A stretch of DNA of 41,477 bases, from positions 1 through 41,477 of the IMG/VR virus record IMGVR_UViG_3300020016_000021. One strand, written 5' to 3'. Source of the DNA: a virus (lineage: Duplodnaviria; Caudoviricetes). Positions 41,456 through 41,477 of the stretch are shown piece after piece; the first letter of the stretch is position 1; the number at the start of each line of letters is the position of its first letter. The position numbers were made by a program, and so were the translations under genes. Under the pieces are notes generated by a model. The model had not been told where the DNA came from and did no database searches. It saw only the letters and a list, made by a program, of their open reading frames with translations.

Positions 41456-41477
41456 GGGTGCACCACTCCTCATGAGG

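Noticed and set aside
41455-41477. Window is a closed circular genome
   Set aside because: Gene orientation is compatible, but a direct join would fuse the ORF at 1-164 in-frame to the resolvase, which has its own RBS; no terminal repeat is visible, so circularity is unproven

Overview
This is a GC-rich tailed actinobacteriophage, most likely a Streptomyces siphovirus, and the window covers most or all of its genome. A leftward early block (1-4.3 kb and 38.3-41.5 kb) holds a ParB-like protein, an SF2 helicase, a LuxR-type HTH, a Holliday-junction resolvase and plasmid-spread-like membrane proteins. A rightward replication block (4.4-13.4 kb) holds a single 1422-aa primase-SF3 helicase-PolA fusion, a PD-(D/E)XK exonuclease, a ~600-nt structured non-coding region with an abnormal tRNA-like domain, and a probable SSB. 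A leftward late block (13.5-38.2 kb) holds endolysin, terminase, portal, MuF, protease, separate hexamer/pentamer-type capsid proteins, tail genes and holin. No integrase or CRISPR array was seen. The most unusual observations are: (1) the promoter-driven structured RNA locus at 12.2-12.85 kb; (2) a PolA with a non-canonical steric gate (E to D) and His at the 762-equivalent position; (3) two copies of a ~90-bp inverted-repeat element 25 kb apart; (4) an Spd/DUF2637-like gene saturated with GRGTRC repeats; (5) a tRNA minihelix at 392-438. All protein calls come from motif reading by eye, with no database searches.
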